NCBI RefSeq assembly: GCF_000150275.1
Contig: NW_002060966.1
Location: 14,415 to 78,414, forward strand
Reading direction: 5' to 3'
Source of the DNA: Trichoplax adhaerens
Taxonomy: Eukaryota > Animalia > Placozoa
Length of the DNA: 64,000 nucleotides
The notes beneath the pieces are model-generated. The model was not told the DNA's origin, made no database searches, and saw only the letters and a list, made by a program, of their open reading frames with translations. Position 1 is the first letter of the stretch, and each line of letters begins with the position of its first letter. Shown here one piece after another: positions 26,714-41,700 of this stretch. The position numbers and the translations under genes were made by a program.

Positions 26714-29700
26714 CTATAAAAAAATTCAGTGGTAATGATGAGAGTATGAGTAACTGTTAAAAGTTAGAGTAGGTATTTAAATTAAAACAGCATCGCTAAA
26801 AACGAAATTGCCAAATTCACTTACGTTTCCATCAACTTTGCTGGACCAAAAAATGACCCTCGGGAAATATAGGCCAATGAATTCTTTCGTAAATCTCTAA
26901 GACACGAAGATGCCGATTTTTGTTATTTTACAATTATGACATCGCAGAATGGTGTATAAAAAGATAAAGATTATCTCTTAGCAAGCAAAGAATTGACATT
27001 CTGTTTCAATATTTGAATCAAGCTGCTACGGTTTCTCCTCACCATAAATATTGGATAGGATAAAATGTTACTAAACTTATTAATGAGTTACAGATAATAT
27101 TATTATTAGAATTTATATGAGAAAGATAAAGTTAAAATTAAGATACTGTATCAAACTTGACGGAGTACAGACTCCGTAAATTAATCGTAGCGTTAGTTTC
27201 AGTAATTCAGATTTTATTAGTTGTTAATAACCTTTATTAATTAGGTACTCCTTAATTGTAATTCTATTAGTAGTCTAGTCATACTTGTTGTAGGCTCGAG
27301 CAGAATGGTGTACTTACAGAGATGACAACTAATATTCACACATAGTAATTTCTGTTACTTTGTGCTGAGCCTTTGATTGTTAATTGGCTCTTAATTACTT
27401 CGTAACTCATTAGTGTTGTTTATGCCGTGTACCATACTGAACCATATAAACAGCCGGCTCTACAAATCTATATATTTTTAGGGTAATTTACCTAAGCTGT
27501 GCACGAAGTGCAGCCGAGCTAGGGCATATAAAGCCCGGTGCTCTCATTAGCTAGTGAGCTAATGATTGACCGTGTAGTATACGCGTGTAGTTAGAGTAGT
27601 CTTGGATGTCAAGACTACCTTGGTTTGATAAACTAATTTAAAAGCATAAGTCTAGTCTACTCTTAGCCCGTAAGGGGCACATTTGGCTGTTGTAGCTTTA
27701 GTATTTATACAGATTCAAAGACTCAGGTTTTCTTGTCGTGAGCTGAACACGACACTATCTTAACATCAATACATATTACTTATTAGACTGCAGTGTTGAG
27801 GGTATTTAACTGAACTCTACTGGTTATCGTAATATATTTAAATTAGTACATGTTACCTACAGTAATTACTAGGTTAAATTCTCTATAGTCAAGTAAATTA
27901 CTCTTTAGTTTCTTAGTTAACATTCCTTTTCTCTGAATTCTGGAAATACATGCACATAAGTATATAAGCCAGCTACTAAAATTATTTAAGATCAGTTGTA
28001 ATGGGAGTTACTTAGTGGAGTACGTTACTTCTTCGATAAAGCTAATTCATAGCAAGTTTTACTTTGGCTCATTTTTCAGTCACAAACGTGTGATACAAGG
28101 GTACGCATATGTGAAAATCAAATTGATTTTCAAATATCTAAATGTATGAATATATCAGTACTGAATAATGATCAATAATGTACAGTGGCACTATTATTAA
28201 TGTGGTTCATATTCGTCCAACATCAGCTGCTTTTCGTAATGTGATGTTAATTTGGATAATGTAAATGGATCAAACGGTTACAAATATCAATCTTTGTAAG
28301 AAAGCTGCGATATCGTTTATCGACTAACTAGGAAGAAATCGGAAATACGGTATGGTGAATAAAATTTGCTTTCCATTTCTACGTAAAGCACTTACAACTT
28401 TCGCAGGCTTGGCAACCCCTTAAAGCATCCTTCTTGGAGATTGTTGATCTTATTTTTGCTTGCATCGCTTTATTATCAATTTATGATTTTATAGTTTAGT
28501 GCTAGCAGTATTTGTACTTTGTGCTCAAATATAAATTAACATAGGCAAAATAAATCTTCCCTAAATTTAAGACTTACATTTCTTGTATATTGGGAAATAT
28601 TTCTACAAAATCAAGATTTAGGCCACACACTTCTGCTATTTGATTGCTGGAGATATTACTAGTTCAAGTAGGCACACGTTATGATAGCTACGTTACTTGT
28701 TAATAACTCTAAACTTTATCAGTCTTAAGATTATGCTGTAGTCAAATTCTTGCTAAGAAATGAGTAAAGTATAACATTACCCGATACATTTGATAATGAA
28801 ATCAGATCATGAGTATCCAAGATATAAACTTACAGCTTTTTCAGATTTATATATCGAATTATTTGTGTAGATTTAATGCTTTTTAGACTATTTTCTGCAA
28901 TACTCCTGAAATAAATGTTAAATATTGTTATGAAATCGCTTTTAAATATTTATGTTAGAGCTTTTTGATTTGCTTCAAAATGAGGAAAGAAAACAGCATA
29001 AGTTTGCAAATTTCGTTTATTATCTGTAGTATACCGAACTATTAAGGTACCACAGAAACTATTTATCGGAATATCAAAAGCTAGATATTAACTATTCAAC
29101 GCCAACAATGCAATATATTCTTCGTATGATATTATTACTACAGTCATTGGCCTCTTCTTTAGCATTGAAATTATGTTTATATTTTTTGGTATAAAAGAAT
29201 TAGTATTTTAATGTAAACATTCTTGATTAAATTATAAAGGCGAGTATTTTATTCATCTTACAGTTCCGTTATTAAATTTAAATCGTTGCCAGAGACATCA
29301 AACATATCAAATTCACGTAAGTTGTTGCCATTTAATGATCTGTTATTAATGAAAGACTTGATAATATTAATTATATGCGCCTGCTATGAAGTTTACGTAA
29401 TTAACTCTAACTCTTGAATACTTGAAGAAGTTTAGAATATGAAGTTCTTTGAAGTATCATTATTCTTAGAATATTATCTTGTTGTATCGTACTGTTAATA
29501 TAATATCTTGTACTTACAAAACTCTAAGATAATCAAATGCAAACGCTTTTTCTGGGATGGCTGAAATGTTGCATTTATTTAGATGACTATAAACAGGATT
29601 ATTGATTGTCAAGTTAGGACAGGTAACGCTTTATAAAATTTTTCCTATTATCATGTTTCTTTAAATACTTGAGAAGACTAATACTGCAAGTTTTACTTTA

Positions 29701-32700
29701 TTATTAAAGGTAGTGGTCTATGAGTTAGGGTTATTTGCTACTTTAAATATCATCAGTATCGAATTAAATTCAAAATATAAAAAAATTCTAAATGTTCTAG
29801 TGGGGTATAAACAATTACTCATACTGTAATCGCTAAATGTGTATTAGCGTATCAAAACAATTTAGGATATCGTGCAATCATTTTTTGACTAGAGGCATTT
29901 TTAATTTAGTACATAAATTTATTCAAATAGTTCCAGTAACAAATAACTAACACTAACTGTCAGTCCTAAGCTATACAACTGTTATTTTTTAATTAATCTT
30001 CAGTAAGAGGCTTTTCACTCTGAATTTTGATTATTATAATAAAAACCTTGTTGGTGCCATAATACAGATAATTTTTAATTCTATATTCGCTATATTATGC
30101 TATAAAAAACAAATTTTCGTTTTTTCGGTATAACTTATTTATTTAAATTATAAACTATGAAGTATTTGTATTTAAGGAGAATTATATAAAAAAATATCAA
30201 TCTACATATATCATTGTCACAAACTTATGTTGCGAACTACTACACTAAACTAATAGATTACTTATGCCTTACTCCACTACACCTAGAGTTCTAGTGTATG
30301 GCACTTCTATACTACTTACGGTCACACTGGGATAAGACTGTTCTACAAGATTAGTATACTTTTTACTAATGGAGTAGCTGAGTACCTTCTCGTACACGAT
30401 CTAATAAAGAACTCAGGAACTGAACATTCGCTCGTCCTTTATACCCTTCCACTAAATTTGTGGTGCACACATAGTAACTTTACAATATAATATTTACATG
30501 ATTTGTATAGCTAAATACTAACAAAATCTATTTAATTAGCAAGTACGGTGCTTTGCTCCGTAACAATCATCATAACAGTCTATTATGGCTTGACTACTAT
30601 CCAATTGGATTTATAATTGAAGGAATTAGTAACTTTTGACCTTGCATGTTTTTCAATTATTAATGCATAATCTTCGAGAGTGCGACAAAAGATTATTAAT
30701 TACTTACATCCCAATTAGAAATGGCCCGACACGTTCATATAAATCTCTTACGAAGGTGTTTAATATTATTGGATTATCGCTTACATCTCTATATTATTAA
30801 AAAAAATTTGGAAACCTTTATTGATCCTTCCCAGATAGTAGTTTATCTTAGTTAGAAACAGCTCATAAAAGATTTAATAAAGGAAATTGTAGTTGAAGCC
30901 GAAACCTCATTAGATGAACATAATTTTGGTATTCACAATGTAGTAGAAGTATTAACTGTAATGATGTGACAATATTTAGGATTTATAAGATGATCTACAG
31001 TATACTAATGTGCCAATTTGAGGGTAAAGATTTATTTACATACAATTTTAAATTGATTATTGCTGCCATTCCATTAATAAATCTAGGCCAGTTATTACCT
31101 ACCAATTTTCTACAAAAGTAATGATAAAGTTTTTGTTTCTATTATTATCATTGAAAAGGCATACAGTAACTACTATTAAGAATTTTGAGAATAATCGTTT
31201 TTAATATAAAATTAGACTAATTTTTAACTCTAGTCTTTATCATTCCATTAAAGCAAACTTACAAGTCGTTAACTAAATTCAATTTATCTAGAAAGTCTTT
31301 CTGCACATCTATTCCATTTGCAATCAGATTGGTGTAGCTCATATCACTGATAAAGATATACAAAGTAAAGGCTGAACTCTAGCAATACCGTTTATTAAGC
31401 TAATGATATTAAGTTCTTTATCAATGAACCATTAGCCAGCAACTTACATTTTAGTGACTTGATAGAATAAGCGATCACAGTTGCCGTCAAATTCTAGGAT
31501 ATTGTTATATGCTAAATTTCTAAAATTGAACAGCAACAGAATCTGATTAGTCTGCCTTATTTCTGATAGTTTATAAGAATATTAACATAAAGATTTAAAA
31601 CTGCAGGGAAGAACTGCAGCGGTTAAAAATAATTGCCAATTGAACTTATTACTTACAGAGATCTGAGTACAGGAGGCAATCCTGAGCAATTCAAGTACGT
31701 AATCTTGTTTCCAGCTAAATTGCTAAAATTAAAATTGATTCAATTGCTATATTGAGAAAAGTCATAAGTTATACTGTATAAAATTATCTATTTTAGCCTT
31801 CGATAATATTCCGCAAAATACTTAAAAAATATTATTTATACAAATCTTCACAATAACTTAGCATCTGCCTTCTGATTTATTGTCACGGTACGCCGTTACT
31901 AATTAAGTAACTGTAAATTAATGAATGCTTATGAATAGATAAGATAAGGTTATGTGCTATGTTTTAATGCGCTTGTAGCTGATAATAGGATGGTAGAAAT
32001 GAGATAAAAATAGCAGTTGTTAGCAGTTAATTTACTGTAGGTTTATAAGGTGTGTTAATCTCTAAAAATTGAGCTGTACATGTGTAATGTAACTTAGTAT
32101 TGTGATTGTAGACTATTAGCCATGTGTAGTATAATGTACGGTAGATATTTATCCTAAGAGATATTTGGTAGCTGTAACTATAGACTGTAGTAGTATAGAC
32201 TCTATGCTAGAGTACAGATGGCTATATACAGTAAGCTGTTGAGTTACTAATATGGCTATAGGTAAAAATAGAACTGTAAATCATATATTATGATATGGTT
32301 AATTCATTGTACTTTGGCTGGTGTGAATAATGCCTACGTAAGTAATGTAGTCGTATCCATATTGGATTAATGATGGTCCGCAGTAGAATAGTGTTACTAA
32401 GAATAATTTAAATATGTGTAAAATAAGGTAAAAGGTTGCCATGCGGATTATAGCTGCGAATGCTACGAAAAGTATAAAAGCATGCAACTATAGATTATTC
32501 TGTTAGTTCGTAGTAGAAGTCTTTAGTAGTAGTATTCGGCTAGAGTAGAGCTGTGTAGTTAATCTTTGTATAAGATTCAATAAAGCCCTTATTTTTCTAA
32601 AATTTGGAATTTCGTGATCGGTATATATCACAACATGGACGAAGGTTAAGCGTCTTAACACCTGATAGCTTGTAGCTATCTAAGTCTGAGAATATCGACA

Positions 32701-35700
32701 TGTATATTTAGTAATGGTATTATACTAATTAATGTAACTTGTAAAGCATGAATTCTCACTCGTTAATATTGGAATTCACTGTAGAAACCTATTTAAGCGC
32801 GTGTGTTTGTAGAATAAAGTAAGTAATTGCTCAAGAAACGGCAAGACTCATATCGTGAAGAATAGTGTAATAATTAGTCAGTTGTCTGTGGAGATCAGCC
32901 GAGAAATCGAGTTCTCAAATACTTCTCTCATTGAAACTGTAGTACTGGGAGAAAAAAACCCAAGGTTTAAGTAACTACACTAGAGTTCTTTACTTTCCTT
33001 TGCCACAAGTGAGGGTTGTGACATTTATATATAATACTTATTTGATTACATCTACGAAACATCGCTAATAATCCAATAAAAAGAGTATAAAAACAAAATT
33101 CAAGGCCTAAATTAATAACTGTTTGACATATGCCAAGTTGAATTAAGAAATTTTTGTGGATTAAACGAAATTGTAATAGTTCTCATTAGTTATGGTAAAA
33201 TATTTGTCGTTTCTTTTAACTGATTCAAAGACTATCATGCTTGTTATAGCTATGGGTAATTCACCTACAATTTGTATCACTTAACAATAGATGTTATAAG
33301 AAGTATACAATATATATAAATTGTCTACTAAATATGAGTTCGTTCTTTCGTATATTTACTTACAGGTTTTCAAGAAAAGTTAATCCCAATTCGTCTTGAT
33401 CAGACAAGGTTACTTTGTTATTACTTAAATCGCTGAATGAAGAAAAAGAACCTGATTACACTTTTGGTGCAATTAATTTATCGCGTATGTAATAAAGTAG
33501 CCATCTTGCTTACAGAATTCTTAAATTTCGGTAACGTGAAAGCAATTTATTTCTTAATTCGGTTATAGCATTATTACTTAAATACCTGAAATTAAATTAC
33601 TTAGATTACCTATACAAAACCATACATACTGGTAAATTCAGAATTATCTTAAGGTCTAAAATTGCAATTTTGATGAAATTTTATTATCAGTGATTTGAAT
33701 TGTATAGGTAACTAAAATCACTTACAATTGGCTGAGGTACGGTAATGTGACATTAAAGATCTTTGCAATATCTTCAATGCGATTAGAATTTAAGTTTCTT
33801 TTATATGTAGGTAAATGAGGCAAGATTAATAATTATAAGACATATCCAGAATTTCTTTAGATTAAATAAATGTTAAAGTCTTCACCAAAAGGACAAGAAT
33901 GGCATAATGTGCCTAATAATGAAGTATTAATATATCTTACAATATTCGTATGTTTTGCAATCCTTTCAAAATAGGATAAAGTTCCGATATTTGGTTATGT
34001 TGCAGATGCCTAAATGAAGTATTACGTATAAGTGTTAAAAAATTATTTAAACGAAGTAAAAATAAACGTCTTACTAGGTAAGCGTTATACATATATCTTA
34101 CAAAGTATTCAACTTTGTATTCATGAAGTAGTTTTCTCTCAAAATTCCAATCTGGTTATAATCAAGGTACCTTATAAGAAAATAGTCAATTGTGATATAA
34201 GAAATAGTTCTCAGCGTGTCTTTAGATGCATAAATTCTAATGCTTATTTAATGCAATTAGTGTACATAATTTGGTACAGTAAATCGAAATATTGGTTTTT
34301 TCATTAATAAAATGAATTCCTAAAAATTATAAAACAGTAGCATAACCCTAAGATATATATTAATTTAAAGTTTACGAAAAGAAATTAAATTGATGGCGTA
34401 TATTATAATCGCAATTACAATACGATTTACAAAATCAACAGATTACTTACAGCTCTTTCAGACTTGTTAATTTTGCAAAATCTTGAACGTTTACGAATGT
34501 TATACGATTCGATGTTAACGATCTAGACGGTAAATTTATCAATTATATCTTCTGTTATTTAACACTCCTGATAGCTGCGCTATTTTATTCTTAAATAACT
34601 GTATCTATATAATATATATCAGTTTGTGGATAAAATGTCAAGATACAAATAGTAATAATCTAATTCGACGCAAAATTACAAAACTGTATTTGCTATGTTA
34701 GTAGAATCAGGGACCACTTAATCAAAATTGTACTCCCGCACGATTTTGATTGAATAATCCCATATAGAATGTTAATAATTTATTAGGTAATATGCCAAAT
34801 TTTCCAAACAACACTACCTCATTGTATAAATATTAAGCACTAAAAATGCGATTGTAATTAGAACATAATGTATAATGCTATACAAAGTAGACAAAGTAAT
34901 AAGTAGTGCTCAAATAGCGCTTATTTTTCAAGTACATCTTCATCCTCATGATTACTACTTTTCGCAAAGCACAACACTTGTCAATTTTATAATAATTAAG
35001 CTATCCCTTAATTTAATACTAGTATAAATTAAGTCCTAACAAATTCAACCGTCCAAATATACTTACCGCAATAGAAGTATTCATATACTACTCATATGGA
35101 AAAGTTTATTCGGTTAGATAACATGCTATACTTAGCTCATAAACTTACACCACAATAAGTTGAGATAGTGATCTTATAAAATCTAATTTCTTTAGCTTGT
35201 TATTCCTTACAAATCTACAAAATTATCACCAGAAAATAATTTATAGGAGATTCTAATAGGAAATTTTCCAATAATTTTTTAGTAAAATCATTAAAAATTG
35301 AAGAAGTAAATAAAGCATTTTTAAAGATTCTTTAAGGCTGTAAACTATGTAACCAAACCAACTCTGGTATAGCTATTGCAAGGAATAGCCTTTTGAATCA
35401 ACTTACAATGATTGTAACCTTGACAAAGGTTCTAACGCGTCTATATGTATAAAATCAAGACGATTGGAGGAGATATTTCTGCAGCATTTAGATAGAATTT
35501 AGCGGTTAATAGTATTTAATTCGTACTGTAACATTAAATAGAATGGAAAAGACACCTTTATCTAACATTTTAACGTTTAATTTTTCTTCATTCCATGAAA
35601 TGACAACATTCGCAATGAATTTGTTTAATGAAATAATTAAATTTTAATTATAATTGATACAAAACAATTTCACTCATTTCGACAGAATTAAGTAATATGG

Positions 35701-38700
35701 CATTTTACTGATAAAATAATTGATAATTATAACTATTAGAATCAAGAATAATCGGTTTGAAATTATACACTGATCAAAGAAAAACTACCTCATTACCGTT
35801 AGGTTTACAGTCTACCAAAAGAAATCTATTTTCTAATCAACAATTACTATCTATCTTTGAATAGAAACTAGCTCAACTTCTACCGACTCATTAAATATTT
35901 TTTCCAAGGACATATTACATTGTAATTCATTACTCAGTTGGTTCATTTTAAAGCTTTTTAAACAAACAAAATTTTAAAAGCAACAATGTCAAGCCTACGA
36001 ATTAGTTAGCATAATGCTAAATTTGCCTGTCTTATTCAGAAGATGGATTAGAAATTTTACTAGTAAGTAATAACGTAAATTTATTTCAAGTTACACCAAA
36101 AAATCATCTAATTATATTATAAGGGCCGTAACTTTTTCCAGCATTAACGGAAAAGGTGCAAATAGGGCTTACATTGAAAGCACCTGATTGTAGTTCTTCA
36201 TCTCGAACAGATTTTTCACGCTTCTTATGTTGGTATACCTATTGCCTGTTAAATCACTAATATAAATTTCAATAGAAATATTGGTAAGTTAAAGTAAACA
36301 AATATAAATATGACTAAATGCTTACATTAATTTCTGCTTAGGTTCAAACTCCAGTGATAATACTTACAGACTAATTAGGTGATCCAGAGTAGAAAAATTG
36401 AGTAGCTTTGATTCGTGAAGTTTATTGTAAGATAAATTACTTTTTTCAAGCAAGATAAAAAATGTAAATATTGTAACGAAATAATTAGGATATCAAAAGT
36501 TAAATGCATTAAAATGAAGTTATAGCGTTAATTAAAATTTTTTGTCATTGCATCACTAAACAAATTCATTCCTAAATTGACTTACAGGGTTCTACAGTCC
36601 CCAAACTCTAGGTGTCTTATTTCTAATAGAAAGTTGTTGGTCAAATCCCTGTATTAGAAAAATATTTATTAAAAGGAACAATCAATAGAAATGAAATATT
36701 CCGCGATATGTTACTATAATAAAGCTTTTTCTTTAAATATTTTCTAGATTAATAGTCTTATAACTCAGTCATTTGCTCTTTTGGGACTGTGCTTCAATTT
36801 GTTGCTATGCAACAAACATGGTCGATTTTATTCCGATTACGCAATAATGGAGTTGTCATAACATTTATGTAACCATAGAACTTGTTAGGACTTACAAGCT
36901 ATGTATCACTGTGGCCTTCCTTCCACTGCTAGCTAATTTACTTTTGCTATAAAGCTTTAATGGATATGATCTTGATAGTCCTCTAAATAGATATAAGTGA
37001 TCATTAATAAGTAATGTATCATGAAATTATATTGTAATACTTTCAATGTGCTATAATATTAAATTTTAGTGCAATGTCTTAGTTGTTTATAAGAAAATAT
37101 CACTAAGTGTAAACATATCATAAGATTAAATCAGAAGTTAGATGTATAGCATACAAGAAATCCATAAATGTCACAACAGGTAATTTAAATTCTTGAAAAT
37201 TTCTGATAGGGTTGCCGCTAAGCTCTCTAATAAAATTATATTTATAATAGACTTTCTTGGTAAATGTTTTAGTTCATTTCACCAGATATCTTTTAAAACT
37301 GTATATAAATTTAATGTAATTAATCAAAATCTGGTTTACATAGTGAATAAATTAATTATTAAAGAAGTTGCACTTACAGTGATTGTAATTTTATCAGGCC
37401 TGAGAATGCATTAGAATCAATATAAGATATTTTGTTGGTTTGTAAACGTCTAAGCATGACAGAAAACATATCAAAGACAAGAAATTACTCATCATATAAG
37501 TAAATACTTCAGCTCTAGCTATTCACTTGGTAACAATCAAAGTGACTAAGTAAAAAAAAATTATCGTAAAATAAAAAGGTTTATATACTGCTATAGAGTT
37601 TAACGTTAGCTATATGGATTGGTTATAATTTAGAATAAATAAAAGCATAATTTTCAAGAATTTATAGTTGTGACAGTGTTATATACTGTATTAGAGTAGA
37701 AGTATCTATGTTAGGATAATTTTGTTAGCCTATCCTTTTTATTCAACTTTGGATATACTGTGTTTTAAAATAGCACTGGCTTTTTATGACATTCACATAT
37801 ATATAAATACATATACTGAAATTAATAGTTATATTATGGAATTCGAATTATCTACTTACAATTCGAATCATTGTGATTGTAACTTACTTATGGTAGATTA
37901 TAGATTATCGTAGAAATGTCCCGTTATACGACATATCGTAATCTGACTATTCTGTATTAGTCATCAGATGTCAATCTTCGTGAATACTGTTGTCTGCATC
38001 AGGGAGCATTAGCTAAAATTAATGTCTAATTCAGTGAATGATTCCAAAGTTAATCGTACTAACTATGACTCATGAATTATTGAGGAAGAGTATATAATCG
38101 CAATATATCGTATAATAAAGTTAATTCTTAAACTTAGTGTTTAATGTAAAATACGAGGCATCTAAGTCTTTGTGCAGTCTACAGGTAGAGCAAAAGTGTT
38201 TCTGAGAGTGCAGATATCGTTCCTTGATACGTGGTTCAAGGAATTGATTTATTGATCGTACATTACGTTATCGTGCTGCAATGCTGTTTTGTGGCCATAG
38301 TGGAGAGCTTAATTAAATTATTAACATAACTGATTGTTAAAAATCTCCTATGTAACTAGAAAACGGATCTTAAACACTATCTTCACTAGCACTCGTGTTT
38401 CCAACTAACTTAGGCACCTATCGTAGTTGAACTAACTCTCAGCTACACAAATGAGCTACTAATGAGTAATAGGTTTAAATTATTCGCTTTATTTACGTTA
38501 ATCTTAGTCGTAAAATGTACTGAAGAAAAACGTAAGAACATTCTTAGCAAAAATAGTCAAGTGATCCTGCAAGTGACTAAATGGAACTGAGCAGCTAAGC
38601 TAGTGCTCGGCTTTTTATAGTCTCGGCCCACACCGATGGTGCTCTTGTGAATATTCTTGACATAGTAATTTACACTGTACAGTATACATATCCTAGTATA

Positions 38701-41700
38701 GGAGTTCAGTCAGAAGAAGTTAACATAGATCGGTATAAGTCAACGCTAATTAACATTAAATGAACTAATGAGCCAACTAGAGCCTCAAGGCTCTGCAAAG
38801 TAATTACACCTTACACTTAAGGAGTTATTAGTTAACGTTTACTAACTAAGTGTGTTAGCTCCGACTCGTCAACAATATTGAACTTTCTGATACCTTGGCA
38901 ATAACAACTTATTAATAAACATTAATATCTAATATGCTACTGGAGCAAACAACAATTTAAATGAGATAGTTTAATTAACATAGCAGTTATTATTTCGGAG
39001 CATAGCTCCGTAACACTGATCTTTTATTGAATGCACTAGTAATGAGAGGTTGAGATAATTTTTCCGTAAGTTGATACAAAATAACTTGCATTAGTAACGA
39101 AATACGAATAACTTCCAAAGTTAGTTAGCGGTATCAGTTTTAGAGCTTTTAAATTAGCTTAGTAATGCGCAAATTACGTAAGTGAATATGAATAACTAAG
39201 TTTTAAGATTTAGTATCTTTCCTATTATTACATTTCAATATTTGCTTGCTTTGCATTGTCCTTAACTTTGACATCAAACAATTTTCCAAAGTAAAAATAA
39301 AATGAATAGCCGAATCAATGCGTCATTCATAAAAAGAATTACAAGGGGTAAATGTATGCTTGTGTTACAGTGTTATATACTGTATTACAGTAGAAATATC
39401 TATATTTGGATAATTCTGTTAGACTATCCTTATTTAGTTAACTTCTAATTTGGATATACTATATTTTAATATAGCACTGACTTTTTATGACAGTGACACT
39501 TATACACATACTGAAATTAATAGTTATAATAGGGAATGCAAATCATCTACTTACAGTTCGAATCATTGTGATTGTAATTTACTTATGGTAGATTGTAAAT
39601 TATCATGGAAATGTTCCGTGATAGGACATATCGTAATCTGACTATTCTGTATTAGTCATTATATATCTATATTCGTAAATACTGTTGTCTGCATTAAGGG
39701 AGCAGTAGCTATACTTAATATCTAATTCAGTAAATGATTCCGAGGTTAATTGTATTAACTATGACTCATGAACTATTGAGGAATAGTATATAAATGCAGT
39801 ATATCGTGCAATAAAGAGAATTCTCAAACTTAGTGTTTAACGTAAAATACGAGGCGTTTAAGTCTTTGTGTAGTCTGCTAATAGAGCAAAAGTGTTTGTG
39901 ATAGTGCAGATATCGTTCCTTGATTCGTGGTTCAAGGAATTGACTTATTGATCGTATATTGCGTTATCTCGTTGCAAAGCTGTTTTGTGACAGCTTGCTA
40001 CTTACAATATTTTAAGATTCGTAAGATACTCAAACTGATAGGCGCTTAATGATTGAAGTTCATTTTCATTTAGATTTCTAGGTCAATTTCAAGAATTTTA
40101 AAGAAATTATTATTATTATTATGGGTAAATATAGTTTATATCGTTCGTCAAACAAATACAAATATTAGTGAACTCACAAGTCCTTAAGACTAATCAACGG
40201 TGTAAAGATAACGGAATCCAAATGAGTTAATTTATTACCAGCCAAATCTCTATTTCATATTATTGAAGAAATGATAGAATCAGTACATTGATAGCTAGTT
40301 AAATAAAATTAATGCAAGCCTGATTATCTTTATAGCATAAGATACAGTCTGGAAGCAATAACCAACTAAAAAACTTTTTTCAATTAAGACAAAATAATTA
40401 AAAGCAATTTTCCTTCGCAGAAATATTTAAATTCTGCTACAACTACGGTATCTACCAATTAGGAGTAATTGGAAAATTAGCTGAATGCAATGGTGGCAAT
40501 GCAGTAGCTTTTATTTACCAAAAAATTTAGATATAGTTTTATATTTCGATCTGTTTTTTTTACGTACAAAGTGGTAAGATTGAATAAATCTTCAAATGCT
40601 GTGGCATTGATTACGGAGATGTTATTGAATGTTAGCTCCCTAAGAATAAAAATTCGATAAGTACTTTAAAATTTTTTAATATATTGTATGATTTTATAAT
40701 ATGCTGGGAGAATTTTAACATTAATGATTTTTGCCGAGTAAAAGACATTTGAAGGAATTATTGTTAATAACAATTTTAGACCTGCAATTGATAAAAAGAT
40801 AAGTAATAAATAATTACAGTTTTAAAAGACTTTCAAGGCCGGAAAACTGGTAGCTCTCCAACAAATTTAATCGGCTATTAATGATACTCCTATTTAATAT
40901 TCAAACAGACGTGAATAATTTTTCAAGAATTCATCTTTCACTAATTTACGTAGAAAAGTTTCAATATTAACAGAGCTTGTAAATGTCACTTAATGAAGAT
41001 ATAAAGCACTCCAAAACTATGTAACTGTGACAAAAGCGAATTAAAAGCATAACAATTATTTACTAATTAAGTCATTAAAGTATATTTTGTGCACAGAAAT
41101 ATTGATAACTGCGAGTACGTGAAAACTATTGCGGTTGTTGTAAAATATTAATTAAAGTACAATTATTTTGTTTATGAAAGGATTTTAAAGAAGTGTTATA
41201 GAAAATATTTATTAATTTATTCATCAAATTATAGAAAACAATTTCGACCTTATGATAATAATTGTTCATAAATAAAATGAGGATTTAGGTAGCTGATTTG
41301 ATATGTAGTACTAAACTGCGCGAATTGATCTTAAAAGCCAATAGTAAAGTAGAATAGTATACACGTTGATCATGTAGTTGTCTATGGGATGAAATGTAGA
41401 GCAGTACCGATTAGATCAGTACAGAGACTGATATTAGACGAGTAATTCTTCATAATGCCAAATTACAAGGCAATTTTACGGGACCAACGAAGGTAGAGTA
41501 TACCTATTTTATATTATCGCCTTGTGTCATAACCTAGAGCATGATAGTAACTTACAAAGATGTTGCCATGAGCATGGATTTAAATATTTTAGTAGGAAGA
41601 TGGGATATGATATTGTTGTCCATAACTCTACAAAAAATTATTTATATTAATTGAGAATGTTAAAAATCGAAACATGACGGCTTACTGAGTTTCACTTTCG

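Noticed and set aside
37669-39992. A full LTR retrotransposon or TRIM bounded by two R1 direct repeats
   Set aside because: Each R1 has its own different TSD (ATAGT, GCTTG), and the interior is another element plus intron sequence with no coding sequence.
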